This document shows, one piece after another, positions 1 to 11,200 of a DNA stretch of 64,000 nt; within the stretch, counting starts at the first letter, position 1, and each line of letters starts with the position of its first letter. A program made the position numbers and the translations under genes. Source of the stretch: Vicugna vicugna (lineage: Eukaryota). The stretch is from assembly GCA_013265495.1 (NCBI GenBank), contig MU059829.1, positions 3,782,001-3,846,000 of the forward strand, written 5' to 3'. Under the pieces are notes generated by a model. The model ran no database searches. It was not told the origin of the DNA and saw nothing but the letters and a program-made list of their open reading frames with translations.

Positions 1-1927
1 TCGGCCACTGCGGCAGGAGGCTGCCTCCACCGGCACAGCCGGTGCTGTCCAAATGCTGGCTTCCACAAACTGCAGTGTACGTGGACTTCAGGAGACAGAG
101 CCACCTGGGAAGTGCGGCGTATACACACACTTCTCCCCGAGCCTTTGTAGCGCAGCTGGAGGTTAATCCCTGACTTCAGACGCATTCAGGCAAAATCTCC
201 AGAGGACACTTCAGGTCTGTCCCTGAGAGCTCTCTTCCTGTTTACACCCCAGAATCAGCGGCTGCCCCCACGCGCCCCGCACGTCCGCTGCAGAGACTCA
301 GGAAACCAACGGCCTTCCGCCCGGTGCCGCACGGTGGCTGCCGCTTCCTCCCCCGAGCCGTGAGGTGTGTCCTCCCCGCACGGCTGGCCCACCGCCTACC
401 CCAACAACGTCAAGGTGTTTCTTTCCAGAGCAGCTCCCGTGTGGAATTTGGACGTCTTCTGAAAATATTAAGTCCTGACCAGAAATCTAGAGACGCAGCC
501 AAGATTAACCTCCGTTTCTCACAGGCTGAGAAATTTCAGGACTGAAGCTTCCTGTCAGATTCCAGGAGGAAGGAGCAAGTTGAGAAGACCCGGCTTTCGG
601 GGCTGTCCAGCCCCAGGGTCGTGCCCGCGCTTTTAGAAGGGTCAACTCTCTTTCCTCCTGACGAATCGGGGTTTTTCACGAAGTTCTCTGACCAGCGTGC
701 GCTGCCCTGTCTCAGCCAGAGGCTGACGTGGTCCAAACTGAGAGGCTGGCAGGGGAGGAACTCAGCTCAAAGCAGCCGCTGGCAAGTTGCAAGGACAGGA
801 GAGGGCCAGAAAAGGGGCCGCCTCCCCCCACCCAGAGTTTCTGCTGCTTTTATCTTTTTTAACAAGGGAGAGACCGGAGCGGAGCATTAACTGAGAAGGT
901 GCCAAGTGGTTGGGAAAATTATCAAATGTCTTAGGACAGTAGAAAATAGCTTTTGTTTTTCATTTTTTAATTCAAGGTAAACTCTGAATGATGCAAATCG
1001 GACTATTTCCCTGAGGGTGAATGTCCTGCCTAAATACAGTTTTGTTGGTGGAGAAGGGAATTCAGTTAATACAACGCCAGCAAACGGAGCTGGCTCTGTT
1101 TTCTGAAATAACCTCCTTATTTTATTTTTTTTACACATACAAGATCTTAAGTTCCATCCAGAACCATCCAGAACCTAAGCGAAGAGCTAATGCCCTCTGT
1201 CTTCTAGATCCACCTTCTTTGACTGTGACTTCACTCGGTGCTTAGAACCGCAAATGCAGTGAACCCACGGCTCTGCCCGTGCTCTGCCCCAGCCCCTGAG
1301 CGCTGCACAAGTGAAGGAACGTGAAGGGTCAGAACCGCCCGGGGGCTCAGATGCCCTACGTTCCGGCAGCACTAACAGCTCCCGCCCTGAGGCATCACTA
1401 TCTTTCACCTCGAAACAAGAAGCGGACGCTGCTTCACAGAGAGGAAGACGGCATTTGGGTCCGAATGGGCCAGCACCCTCCGCTGCAGCTCCCGGCGCCC
1501 GGGCTCCTGCCCTCGGGAGCGGGGAACAGGGCCGAGCATGGACCCGCCAGCCGGAGCCCCGTTCCCAGCCCCGGGCTGGACCCTCAGCAGAACCTGAGGC
1601 CGGGCTCAGAGCCCGGGGACGCAGGGTGGGGCCTGGTCCTCGTGTTGAGCAGGCCAACGGAGCCCCCCCGCCGCCACCACCACCACACAGAGGGGCCTGC
1701 CTGTTTGGTGGTGTTTTCCAGTTACGCAGTCAGGAACGCTAAGTAACCAAGCAGTGAATTCCTACATCCCATCGAGAAAGGTGTCGAGACCCTGAGAGTA
1801 GGAAAATACCCATAAATAAATGAATGCTCAAGCTCCAGAACGTAACAAGGAAAACGCCCAAGCCGCTGTCCTCGGCGACACCCGCTTCAGGAGCGCTTCA
1901 TCCCCGGAGGGACCAGCAGACACTCAC

Positions 1928-2069
1928 CGGTCGATGAAGTAGCCGAGGACCGGGCTCTCGGTGGTCGTGTTGGGCGGCTTCCACGTCACGATGACGTAGT
2001 CGCGGTTGGCGTCGTGGCACTGCAAGTCCATGGGCGCGCCTGGAGCCCCCGTCACCAGGGGGTCCGCGT
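1928..2069 (-). CDS. MYOM2: Myomesin-2 exon 11 (142 nt), start of first FnIII domain: (D)ADPLVTGAPGAPMDLQCHDANRDYVIVTWKPPNTTTESPVLGYFID(R)
   Basis: Translation near-identical to recalled human MYOM2; acceptor ccaccag|AC at 2070/2069, donor CG|gtgagt at 1928/1927; phase 1 to 2 fits exon 10. Confidence 0.97.
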
Positions 2070-2120
2070 CTGGTGGGGGAGGCACGTGGTCAGGGGCTGG
2101 GGCGGGGGGCACGGGGCACG

Positions 2121-2413
2121 GGGCCCTCGAGTCTGGGGTTCTTCATAACTGAACCCAAAATCAGATCCACCCTCTCCTGACGGCACAGGGCCACGTCACA
2201 TCACATCAACACCGACTGAGGAAAGGATGAGAACAGCAATGAGGCCTCTCAGACCCTGAGAAGTACCCAGGGCCCTGGAGTCTGGGGTTCTTCATAACTG
2301 AACCCAAAATCAGATCCACCCTCTCCTGACGGCACAGGGCCACGTCACATCACATCAACACCGACTGAGGAAAGGATGAGAACAGCAATGAGGCCTCTCA
2401 GACCCTGAGAAGT
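2121..2413. repeat. 149-bp tandem duplication in MYOM2 intron 10 (2121-2269 and 2270-2413)
   Basis: Copies are identical over 144 bp except one C/G. Confidence 0.95.
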
Positions 2414-3504
2414 GCCCCTGCAGCCCTGGGTGCTTCAGCATCCTCAGATGGGAGGGTTTAAATTTCTCTCCTGCAAGCTGTGAGCACACGCTGGGCCTGT
2501 CCTCATGGGTCCTGCCCCACAGCCGGCTGACCACGCACAGTTACGGTTTGGCCTCAAGGCCGACAGAGCAGTTTAGAAAGTGCAGACCCTGCGCATCTGG
2601 CCTCCCTGCCGCAGACGCGCATTTGTTCAGTGACCGCCATGGCTGCTGCCCCGTCTCAGCAGGGCAAGCACGATGCAGCTCCTGCTCCCGTCTCCTCAGC
2701 ATGTTAAAAGCAAAGGATTTCTGATGTGGAGCCATTTTCTCTCCTGTTCAGAATCCTCGGAAAGAAATGGGAACAGCCAGAGTCCCCCACGTGCGTCCCT
2801 TCCCCGTGCTGGCTGAGCTGCAGAGCAAGGTGACTTCAGCTGCGCTGTATTTACTGCGCTTTAATGGGGCGGAACATCTCGCCAGAGGCAGGCTCAGAGA
2901 ATGGAAGGGACGCCTTAAGGCCAACGTAATAAAAACAGTAAAACTTTGTGCGTGTGTGTAAAACCCCAGCCTTGCGAGTTTATGCCGTCTGGTGGGGGTG
3001 GGGGGGCTTAATTAGCATTTTCCTTTTTTTTTAAGTTAAAATATTCCCGGATGACACAGCCCTTCCTTCGTACACAGATCTAACTGATCTGGTTTGGAAA
3101 AAATAATACACAATCGGGTTATTCCAGGCACAGGCAACCTGGTATAGGAGGCGGACGTAAGGCTGCAGGAGACATGAGCCCACGACAGGCGAGGCCAGGT
3201 GCACGAGAACAGAGGGCAGCACATCCCGAGGGAGGGGCCGTGGGGTAGGGAGCTGGGGCCCGGGGTCAGTGCAGCGGCCCAGCCACCCAGGGTGGGCTGT
3301 GCTGATGTCCTCAGGGCGGTTCAGCCATGCCTTGGCCAAGAGGGGCCTCTGTGCCCGAGGGCAGGCGCGGGGAAGGGCTCGGGCAGGCGGTGTCCCCACA
3401 CACACAGGGCTGCAGCTTCGCGGGGGACCCAGCTCTGGCCCCCAGCACCTGCACCCTAGGGAGGTCCCCACACCTTCATTTGAAAAGGAAAGAGTATTTT
3501 AGAC

Positions 3505-3830
3505 TGCATACGTGTATGTGAGTAGATGTGTATACACACGTATATGTACACCTGTATGTAAGGATACACACATGCGTGTATGTACATTGTACACAAAATA
3601 TATATAATCTTACCCTTTTTATATGTCCCTTCATCCACTTTATATACAAAACGTATGGAAGACACGTCCAGGCACACACACGAACGTGTTCACCTGTAAG
3701 CCGGTGTGTGATGGGCACTTACATGTAACACAGAAGTATGTCACACGTCTAAAGACCGGCGTGCCTATACAGCACGCACGTGACATCTACCGCGGTGCCT
3801 GGCGTGTGGTGGATTGTGTTTTCCTTCCCA
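3505..3830. repeat. Degenerate alternating purine/pyrimidine (TA/CA/TG) low-complexity tract
   Basis: Seen directly. Confidence 0.7.
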
Positions 3831-4264
3831 CAAGTGGGATGGAGAAAGCTGTCCTGCGGCCTGTCGTGAGGATGAAGTCGCCAGACGTAAACCCTCAGGC
3901 GTGTGGCCGCCAACATCATCAACTTAAACACGCGTGTGCTTGAAGTGGGGGGACTCAGGAGGGCGGGAGGCTGGCCGTGGTCTTCTGCCCCTCATGCTGA
4001 GGGGGTCTGAGGGAGTCTGAGGGAGCGGATGAGGTGGGCGACACGGGCGGCCCCACAACCTGCCCTCTCGCTCCAGACCCGCCCCCTCTCGGGCTCCCTG
4101 CAGAGTTAGCGGTGGGGCTGTGTTCACTCTTCACAGACATTCTGTAAATTCCAGCAAGCGACCAGGGACTGACTCGGAAGGACAGCCCTGGTCCACGTCC
4201 GCCCCGGACGCTGTCGGGGGCACCCACGGAACCAGCACTCAGTCCCACCCGCCAGCCCGCACAC

Positions 4265-4426
4265 CTCGGACAAACAGGAAGGCGCTGTGGTCTCTGACCC
4301 CTCCCCTGGACACGATCCTCAGGGTGTAGAGGCCCTCGTCGTCCTTGTTCAGGTGGCTGAAGGACAGCGAGGCCTGGCCCTCCCCGAAGAACATCTTCGT
4401 CCACTGGGACTCCTTCAGCAGCACAT
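4265..4426 (-). CDS. MYOM2: Myomesin-2 exon 10 (162 nt), Ig domain: (D)VLLKESQWTKMFFGEGQASLSFSHLNKDDEGLYTLRIVSRGGVRDHSAFLFVR
   Basis: Matches recalled MYOM2; acceptor ttccag|AT, donor G|gtgtgc; phase-consistent. Confidence 0.97.
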
Positions 4427-5550
4427 CTGGAAGGAGTTCAAAGCGAGATGCTCTCAGGGGCGCAGAGGACCCCGGAGCGCACCTGCAGGACAGACGTGCG
4501 AGGCCCACGAGACGCCCGTGCCCGACCCCGGCGTGCCCCTCGCTGGGGGGCCGGGGACAGCGTTCCAAGCGCGAAGGCTACAGCTTGTCAGAAACAGGCA
4601 CGGCTCTGCCCTCGAGCGGCACCGAACCTCGACGCTGACCCCGGGACGGGCTCCACCAGGTTCCTTAGAAATAAACCGTCAAGTGCCGACAAACCCTCCT
4701 CAGGAGGCCGTGGCGCCACAGAGGCCAGTTTTGAGAGAAGAAATTAAATGATGAAAAAACATCCCACGCCGGACATTGCAGAAACGCAAAGAACAGTGAG
4801 GAGAAATCTCCCTTCACCCACCCATCTGGCAGCGTCTACAGCTGGAAAGGGCAGGGAGCCACGCTCACATTCTGGTGGGAGCGCAGCTGTGCAGATGCAA
4901 AGTGAGAAGGCCTGCCCCGGCCTTAAAATAGGCTCGCAGCCTGGACACCACGGCACAGACCCTAAGAGCTGCCCCAAGGCGTCAGAAGGCAGGTGGTGAG
5001 GACTTTATTCCAGAAATGTTTGCAACAGAGAAAATATAAACCAGCTCAAACAGTGAAACGCAGGGCAAGGACGGCCAGCTCACGTAGCGGGGCACAGGGA
5101 GCTCCCGAGCTACGGGTGCCAAAGGACGGAGGCTGTTGCTGTGCTCTGCTCAGCCGAAGAAGGAGACTTCAGATTCAAACCGTGTTCCCTGTTGTAACAC
5201 CTGCGTACGGATCCAGAGAGACAGCACGTGACAGACGAACAGAAGTAATCTTCCCCATAAACCTACACTGCATGTGTTACAAGAAAGGATTTATTCTTAT
5301 ATTTTTGATTTTTAAAACCTGGCACATATCGCACCTCACTGGCAAGCTCAGGAGTGCCCTGGGCCACGGGGCACGGGGATGCGTGGGGCACGGGGTACAA
5401 ATTCTGCTCCACTTAGTCGGCCTCACGGGCAAATCACACCCAGCATGGTCTCGTGTTTTATTCTACGGAACAGGGGTTTTCTGGCCTGCGGTCACTTTAG
5501 AGTTCTGATCCCCCTTAAATTGTGTCCCAGTTCCAAATGTCCTTGTCACG

Positions 5551-5582
5551 CTGCACTTCCCGAGCCCGGCAGAGGGCGTCAC
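5551..5582 (+). promoter_or_regulatory. Candidate CTCF site with upstream motif in MYOM2 intron 9
   Basis: Core CCGGCAGAGGGCG (5566-5578), preceded after a 5-nt spacer by CTGCACTTCC, which resembles the ZF9-11 upstream motif. Confidence 0.45.
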
Positions 5583-6694
5583 TTTGTGGGCTCCCGTCGC
5601 CTCGGGGCCGACAGGCCATTGGTGGCTCAAGGTTCCTTAATGCTAAAGAGTAGAAAACACATCGTTGCCTCTTTAGGTCTGAAAATAAGCTGGGGAGAGT
5701 GGCCTCCACACGTTCCCACGGGAGCAGCAGGGCCTGTGCCGGGCTGGTGGCAACAGGCCGTGCGGAGCTGGGCTCCCAGCTCAGCCCCGGCCACAGCCGC
5801 TCCAGCCCCGCGGAGGACGGCCCGTCAGACACGGCTTTGAACTTGCCAGGTCCTTTCAAATCAGTCAAGCCTGTGAAACCGCGTGTCCCCAGAACTCCGG
5901 GCACTTCCTAGTCACGGGAAACCTTCTCAAAGCATTAGGAGAACTGTCCTCAAATCCACTTCATCTCCCTCCAGAAAGGGTGAGTTAGACTCCTAGAACT
6001 TGAATTAGACCTTAAACCTTACACCAGAGCAACAGCGGGTGAACTGGACCTCCTCGGCCACCCCCACCCCAGCCCCTTCTCTCCCTCGTGGGGCATAAAA
6101 ATCAGACACGGCCTGAATGATCGACCCAACTGGCGTCAAGGGTCTGCAAAGCCAGCTGTGCGCTCCCCCGGCCCCTGCAAGGTCACGGGCCCTCCCCGAC
6201 CCGGGATACATCCCCGCGCTCCTCTGCCCTGCACCTGGGCCCGGGCACCCCACCCCCTCACCCTGAGGCCTGCTCGTCTTTCAGCAACCTATTTTTTCTT
6301 TCCACAAAGCCCTCCGTCATCGCTGCAGACCTGCTTTCCTGGCTAAGTCCGGCAGCACGCTGGGCCAGGACCGCACATTTGGCAAAGCATTTCACCCCAT
6401 CCTGGGACATTTCTCACACTGTATGGAGACACAGCTTTACCATTCTGTGTGTTTTCCCGACCAGAATATAAATATCTCATGGGCAGGAGTGGCCTGCGAT
6501 TCTCTGTAATATTCCACATTGTGTCAGGTTCTGAAGAAATACGGGTGGAACATCCTGTGACTGCGTCCTCGGGAGAGACGCTCCCTTTAGCCCAGAGATG
6601 AAGCCCCTCCCACACCCTGCACACAGCCGGCTGCACGGAGCAGCCGAGCTGGCTGGGCAGCGGTGCCGGGCCAGGTGGGGTCTGCAGCCAGGTG

Positions 6695-6870
6695 GCCCGG
6701 GTTCGAGACCCAGCTCGGCCCCTCTGGGGGTGGGGGAGGTGGGGCAAGCTCCTTGTCTCAGCTGCCCACCTTGTGGGACTTAAGGGCACTTACATCGTGG
6801 TCCTGATGAAGATCAAGTGAGTTACGGCACTCAGAGCAGAGTCGGGCACAGACATGGCCTCATGGTGTAG
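6695..6870 (+). mobile_element. MIR SINE relic
   Basis: Degenerate similarity to the recalled MIR core (GGGTTCGA..CCCAGCTC..GGGCAAG..; tail ..ATGAAGATCAAGTGAG..GCACTCAG..GGCACA). Confidence 0.5.
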
Positions 6871-7162
6871 CTGTTGTTTTTGCCAAGGGAAAACAGACAC
6901 AGACGCCTCGCCCACCCTTTCTCATCCCTTGGAGACCCTCCTGATGGGGCTATAAAGCCCCGGTGACTCATCTAAATCCAGGCGCTCCCGTTCGCCCCAT
7001 TCCCTGGGGAAGTTCAAGGCCACGGGTGCTCCAGGCTCTCCCCCGGCCCACAGCCATCACAGAGGTGGAGACAGACACGGGTCAGCACTAAGGTTTACGA
7101 CCCACCGTTACCCCAGCGAGGCCCAGATCGGAGCCCGAGCCCGAGCACAAGGCGACACTCAC

Positions 7163-7327
7163 CATCCCGGTACCACTCGGCCCGCGGCTGCACCCTCTTC
7201 AGTTCCGGCGTCACCAGCAGCAAGCACTTGAGGGTCAGGGTCTCGCCCTCTCTCCGGAAGGTGACCCCAAATTTCTCCACAAACTGCACGTCGAAGTGCA
7301 TGTATGGAATCACAGGCGACAGGGGCA
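7163..7327 (-). CDS. MYOM2: Myomesin-2 exon 9 (165 nt): (L)PLSPVIPYMHFDVQFVEKFGVTFRREGETLTLKCLLLVTPELKRVQPRAEWYRD
   Basis: Matches recalled MYOM2; acceptor ctccgcag|TG, donor G|gtgagt. Confidence 0.97.
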
Positions 7328-8061
7328 CTGCGGAGCAGAGGGACGCGGTCAGCACAGCAGGGGCTGGCGGACATGGGTCTCCTCCCCCTGCACCCACCTC
7401 CTCCAAGGAGCCGCGTCCTGGGGTGAACATCATGCCCTGGGTTCTCATGTCGAAGCCCTGGCTCCCCAGCCCAGTGGCTAGGAGGCGGCCCGCGGGGACG
7501 GTTAGGGTTGAATGGGCTCACCCAGGTGGGGCCCCTGGTGGGATCAGTGCCCTGGTGAAAAGCGGAAGAGACCCAGCCCTCCCTCCTCCAGTGAGGGCTC
7601 AGAGAGAAGGTGGCTTCTGCAGATGGGACCAGGCCTTCTCCACCCAGGGGGCTCCTTGACCTTGGGCCCGCAGCCCCCGGAGCTGACGGAAGTAACTGTC
7701 TGATGCGTAAGCCTCTGGGTGTGGTGTTCGTTACAGCGCCTGAGCTGACCAAGACACTTCTGAAGCGTCGGAAGACCAGCCGTGGGGTCGTATCTGGCCA
7801 TCTCAGCCAAAGGAGGATGGAGGGGCCGGGCGTGCGGGGAGGCAGCCTGGGCCCCGTGTGGTGAGCGAGGGTTTACTTAGATTCTGCATCAGCCCCAGAA
7901 TCCATGGCCACGGCCGTCAGCACACGGACCCCGGCCAGGAGAAAGGGTCTTTTGAAATATGGTTTTAAAATAATATTTTATGCTGAAAAATACGTATTTT
8001 TTAATTACATGCTATGTTTGTACACATTTTTCCACACAAAAAATGAGAACAATCAACTTAC

Positions 8062-8112
8062 ACCCGATCGGGAGTCCCACTGAACGGAAGGGCTCCTCGT
8101 CGCCTCGGAACC
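8062..8112 (-). CDS. MYOM2: Myomesin-2 exon 8 (51 nt): (R)FRGDEEPFRSVGLPIG
   Basis: Matches recalled MYOM2; acceptor cttgcag|GG, donor T|gtaagt; 91-nt intron separates it from exon 7. Confidence 0.96.
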
Positions 8113-8203
8113 CTGCAAGACAGCCAGCGCTGGCGCTCACGGCGGAGAGACGGGGCGGGAGGGCACCCCCGCAGCCCGCGCGCCCCACCCGAGGCCAACT
8201 CAC

Positions 8204-8292
8204 TTCTCACCACCACCGCTGCGTTGGTGGACACCTGCCCGTGCACGTTCGTGGCCACCGCCGAGTAGGTCGCGCTGTCGTCAAAGTCCGCC
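8204..8292 (-). CDS. MYOM2: Myomesin-2 exon 7 (89 nt): ADFDDSATYSAVATNVHGQVSTNAAVVVR
   Basis: Ig-domain DxAxY motif, matches recalled MYOM2; acceptor cctcccag|G, donor A|gtgagt. Confidence 0.97.
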
Positions 8293-11200
8293 CTGGGAGG
8301 GAAAGGGCGAGACATCGCCCAAACGTGCTGCGTCCTGTTCTCTAGGAGCCGGTGGCCCCAACTTGCGCACAGCCCCCCCCGAAAGTGGCTCGTGTGGCCT
8401 GGAGCCCTCGGTCACGAGTGATCGGGTCTGGAACAGTGCCAGCTCTGTCCTCGAACGAGGTGTTAAGTGTAGACGCGGGAGAGGTCAGGGCCCAGGCCGC
8501 GGCTTGGCTTCGGCTTTGCGGGGAATAAACGCACTGGCTCCCCTGCAAAGCGCCGTTTCACTCTCAAGGGGAAGCCTGTCTCCCCTCTGGTTCTGTTTTT
8601 CCACGTCTGCAGAGTTCCTAGGTTTATCTCGTCAAGGGGCAGCTCCAAGGGACACAGCCTCCTGGAGGGTTAACCCCACCTCCCTCCCCTGGGTTCCCAC
8701 GTGCAGACCCCAAAGCAGGGTGGCCCCCTGTAGAGAGTCCCCACTTGAGGGCAGCATGAAAGCCCCTGGACCGACCCCGCCTGAGGCTCCCCGCGTCCGG
8801 GGACGCGTGTTCTCCCCGGAAAGGACGATGATGCAGGAACTGCAAACCCCCATCCCCCAGGGGTGGGCTCCTCCGCCTCCCCCGTCTGTCTCACGGAAGT
8901 CAAAGCTGTGAACTGTCTTCCCACCAACTTCCCCCAGAACTTCACAGACAAGAGGGGTGGGGAGGGGCTGAAGTCTGTGGGGCCCCTACTAGGCGCTGGC
9001 GCTCTGCCGGTGTCTCACGTCGGCTACTTTGTGTGAAAGGCTCAAGAGCCTGGCGAGACAGTGCCAGGACCCCGCTAACGCGGTGGGACAGTCGACCCTT
9101 TAAGAAGTGGGTAAACACGGTCCACAAAACCCCCAAATCTGCAGCTTTCTGCTGCTTCTCCAAGAGTAAGCATCACGGACACAACGGACAAATACAAATA
9201 CAGGGAAAGCAAAGTTACTCAAGCCTCACGCGGCGCATCCGGTGCCTCCAGAGACAAGCCCACTCCTCCGAGGTCCCTAGGGATTTCATTTTCTTCTCTC
9301 TTCCACTCGGAGCCGAAAACAGCGTCTTTGATCAAAAACTGCAGTGTCTCCAACGAAGGAGAGAACGCTTGAGAGACCGCGGCTACCTCCATGAGCTCCG
9401 TCCCTCCCCAGGAGGGTCCAGTCCAGTTCCAGGCCGTCGGGCAGACCAGCTGGTCTCCTTCCACGGCTGCTCCCACGGACGTTCGGGCTCAGGGCCTTCT
9501 CTTCAGCCTCACCTCGGGGGCCGGAGGCCAACCACGAAGCCCGTCAACGAAGCTGCCATTCTGGCCTGAACTCAGGGCTGCTTTATGGGCAGCTTCCGAG
9601 CAGACTGCAGGGACGGCCGTATCCCCGGGGGCGCGTCAGAAATCCCGGTACACAGACGCATTCTCCACCACGAGGCCTTGACGCCTGGCGCTGATCCACC
9701 CACCTGACGCGTGTGCACACGCCCCCACAGGGCACAGGCCCCGGGAGCTGCCTCTGGCATCACGGCTGGGTCCGGGGAGCAGGGTGGAAGGCAGGCTTAC
9801 TCCTCTTCCTTAAACCTTAGGCAGTGCTTGAATTGTTTTTAAACTTGCACTTGGGTTATTTCTTCCAAACAATGAAACCACTGTGTTTCCATCCGTGCAT
9901 TCTTCTGGGATTAGCCCTACACACTCTGACAAAGCCCCCGCCCAACAGCAGCCACACAGCAGTCATGCACCCCCAGCAGGGGTGGGAAAGCTGGAGACCA
10001 GGGCAAAGCGGGGGGAAGCGCAGGGCCCCGTACAAACGCCACCTTGAAATCCCCTGACCTGGAGGCTGGACCGGGACCCACTCGTGACAGACTCGGCAGT
10101 AGGAGTCACACGGGAAAAACCAGCAGCACCCCGGGGCGGGGGCGGGGGCGGGGCAGGGCAGGAGCTGACCCTCCCCACGCCGGGCCAACAGTCAGCATCC
10201 CCTCCCGACGCCCACGGGAGGCGTTTTCAGTGCCTGAGCCCACGGGGAGTCCTCGGAGGGGAGAGTGTGGCCGTCACTCAGAGTGTGTCCATCGGGCACC
10301 ACAAAGCTCTCCAACATCCCCTGCACTGCCTCCCCCCAAGCCCCGTCGGGGATTGTCCAGTCTCACGGTCTCCAAACTGTCCCGAGGTCCTCAAACCGAA
10401 TGTGCTGCCAACTCCTTCCTACATCTGGATCTCAGCAATACTTAAACACGCAGCACCTCACGTGCAGTCACGCGCCATCGCGCGGGCCCGCCCCGGGCCG
10501 CACTGACACGTTTGTGCGCCTACGGCCCTCGGACAGGGCCACTTGCCTTCCCCGCTTCACTGACTTAACATTCTGACTCCACGTCAGACTTAACGCTCCC
10601 ACTGGCGACTAGGTATCTCCGCGAAGCAGGATTTTTTTTCAATATTGCACAGTCAGAATAAAGTCAGGGCAAAACAGCTGCTGGGATCACAGGGAGGCCA
10701 TCTCCAGACACAGGTTACAGCCGCCAGATACGTCTCGTCTACTGACTCGGTAATAAGTGAACAGCACGCGTCTTAAACTCCTCAAGTGCATTCACTGAAC
10801 TCCCCCACTTCACTTGGGGGACACTGATGATTAAATAAAACAATGCATTTGAAAACAGTTTGCAGCTTCACATGATGGTGCTCACTGTGTACATTATTGA
10901 TGAAAGTGCATTAGCTGAATTCTTGGACCAAAGTTCAGAGAAGGTTCCCCGTCTCTCCTCCACGAGGGCCCTCCCTCTCTGCCTTTCCATCCCAACAAAC
11001 AGCGCGGGTCTCAGGGCCGTGGGGGCCGCGGGGAATGGCTGGCCCACCGCTCCCTCGCCGGGCACCGCTGGAGGAGTCCCAGAAGGAGCCTCATGAGGAA
11101 GGGGGCGCAGGACCAGCCCCGGGCGCCGGGCCCACCTGAGAAGAGTGTCTCGCACAGGAGCTGGAGCCCGTCCTTCACCGAACTGGGACCCGGCCGGGAG

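Noticed and set aside
1-1927. MYOM2 exon 12 (CEVGTNNWVQCNDAPVK...)
   Set aside because: Not found in any frame I checked; it presumably lies beyond the window edge.
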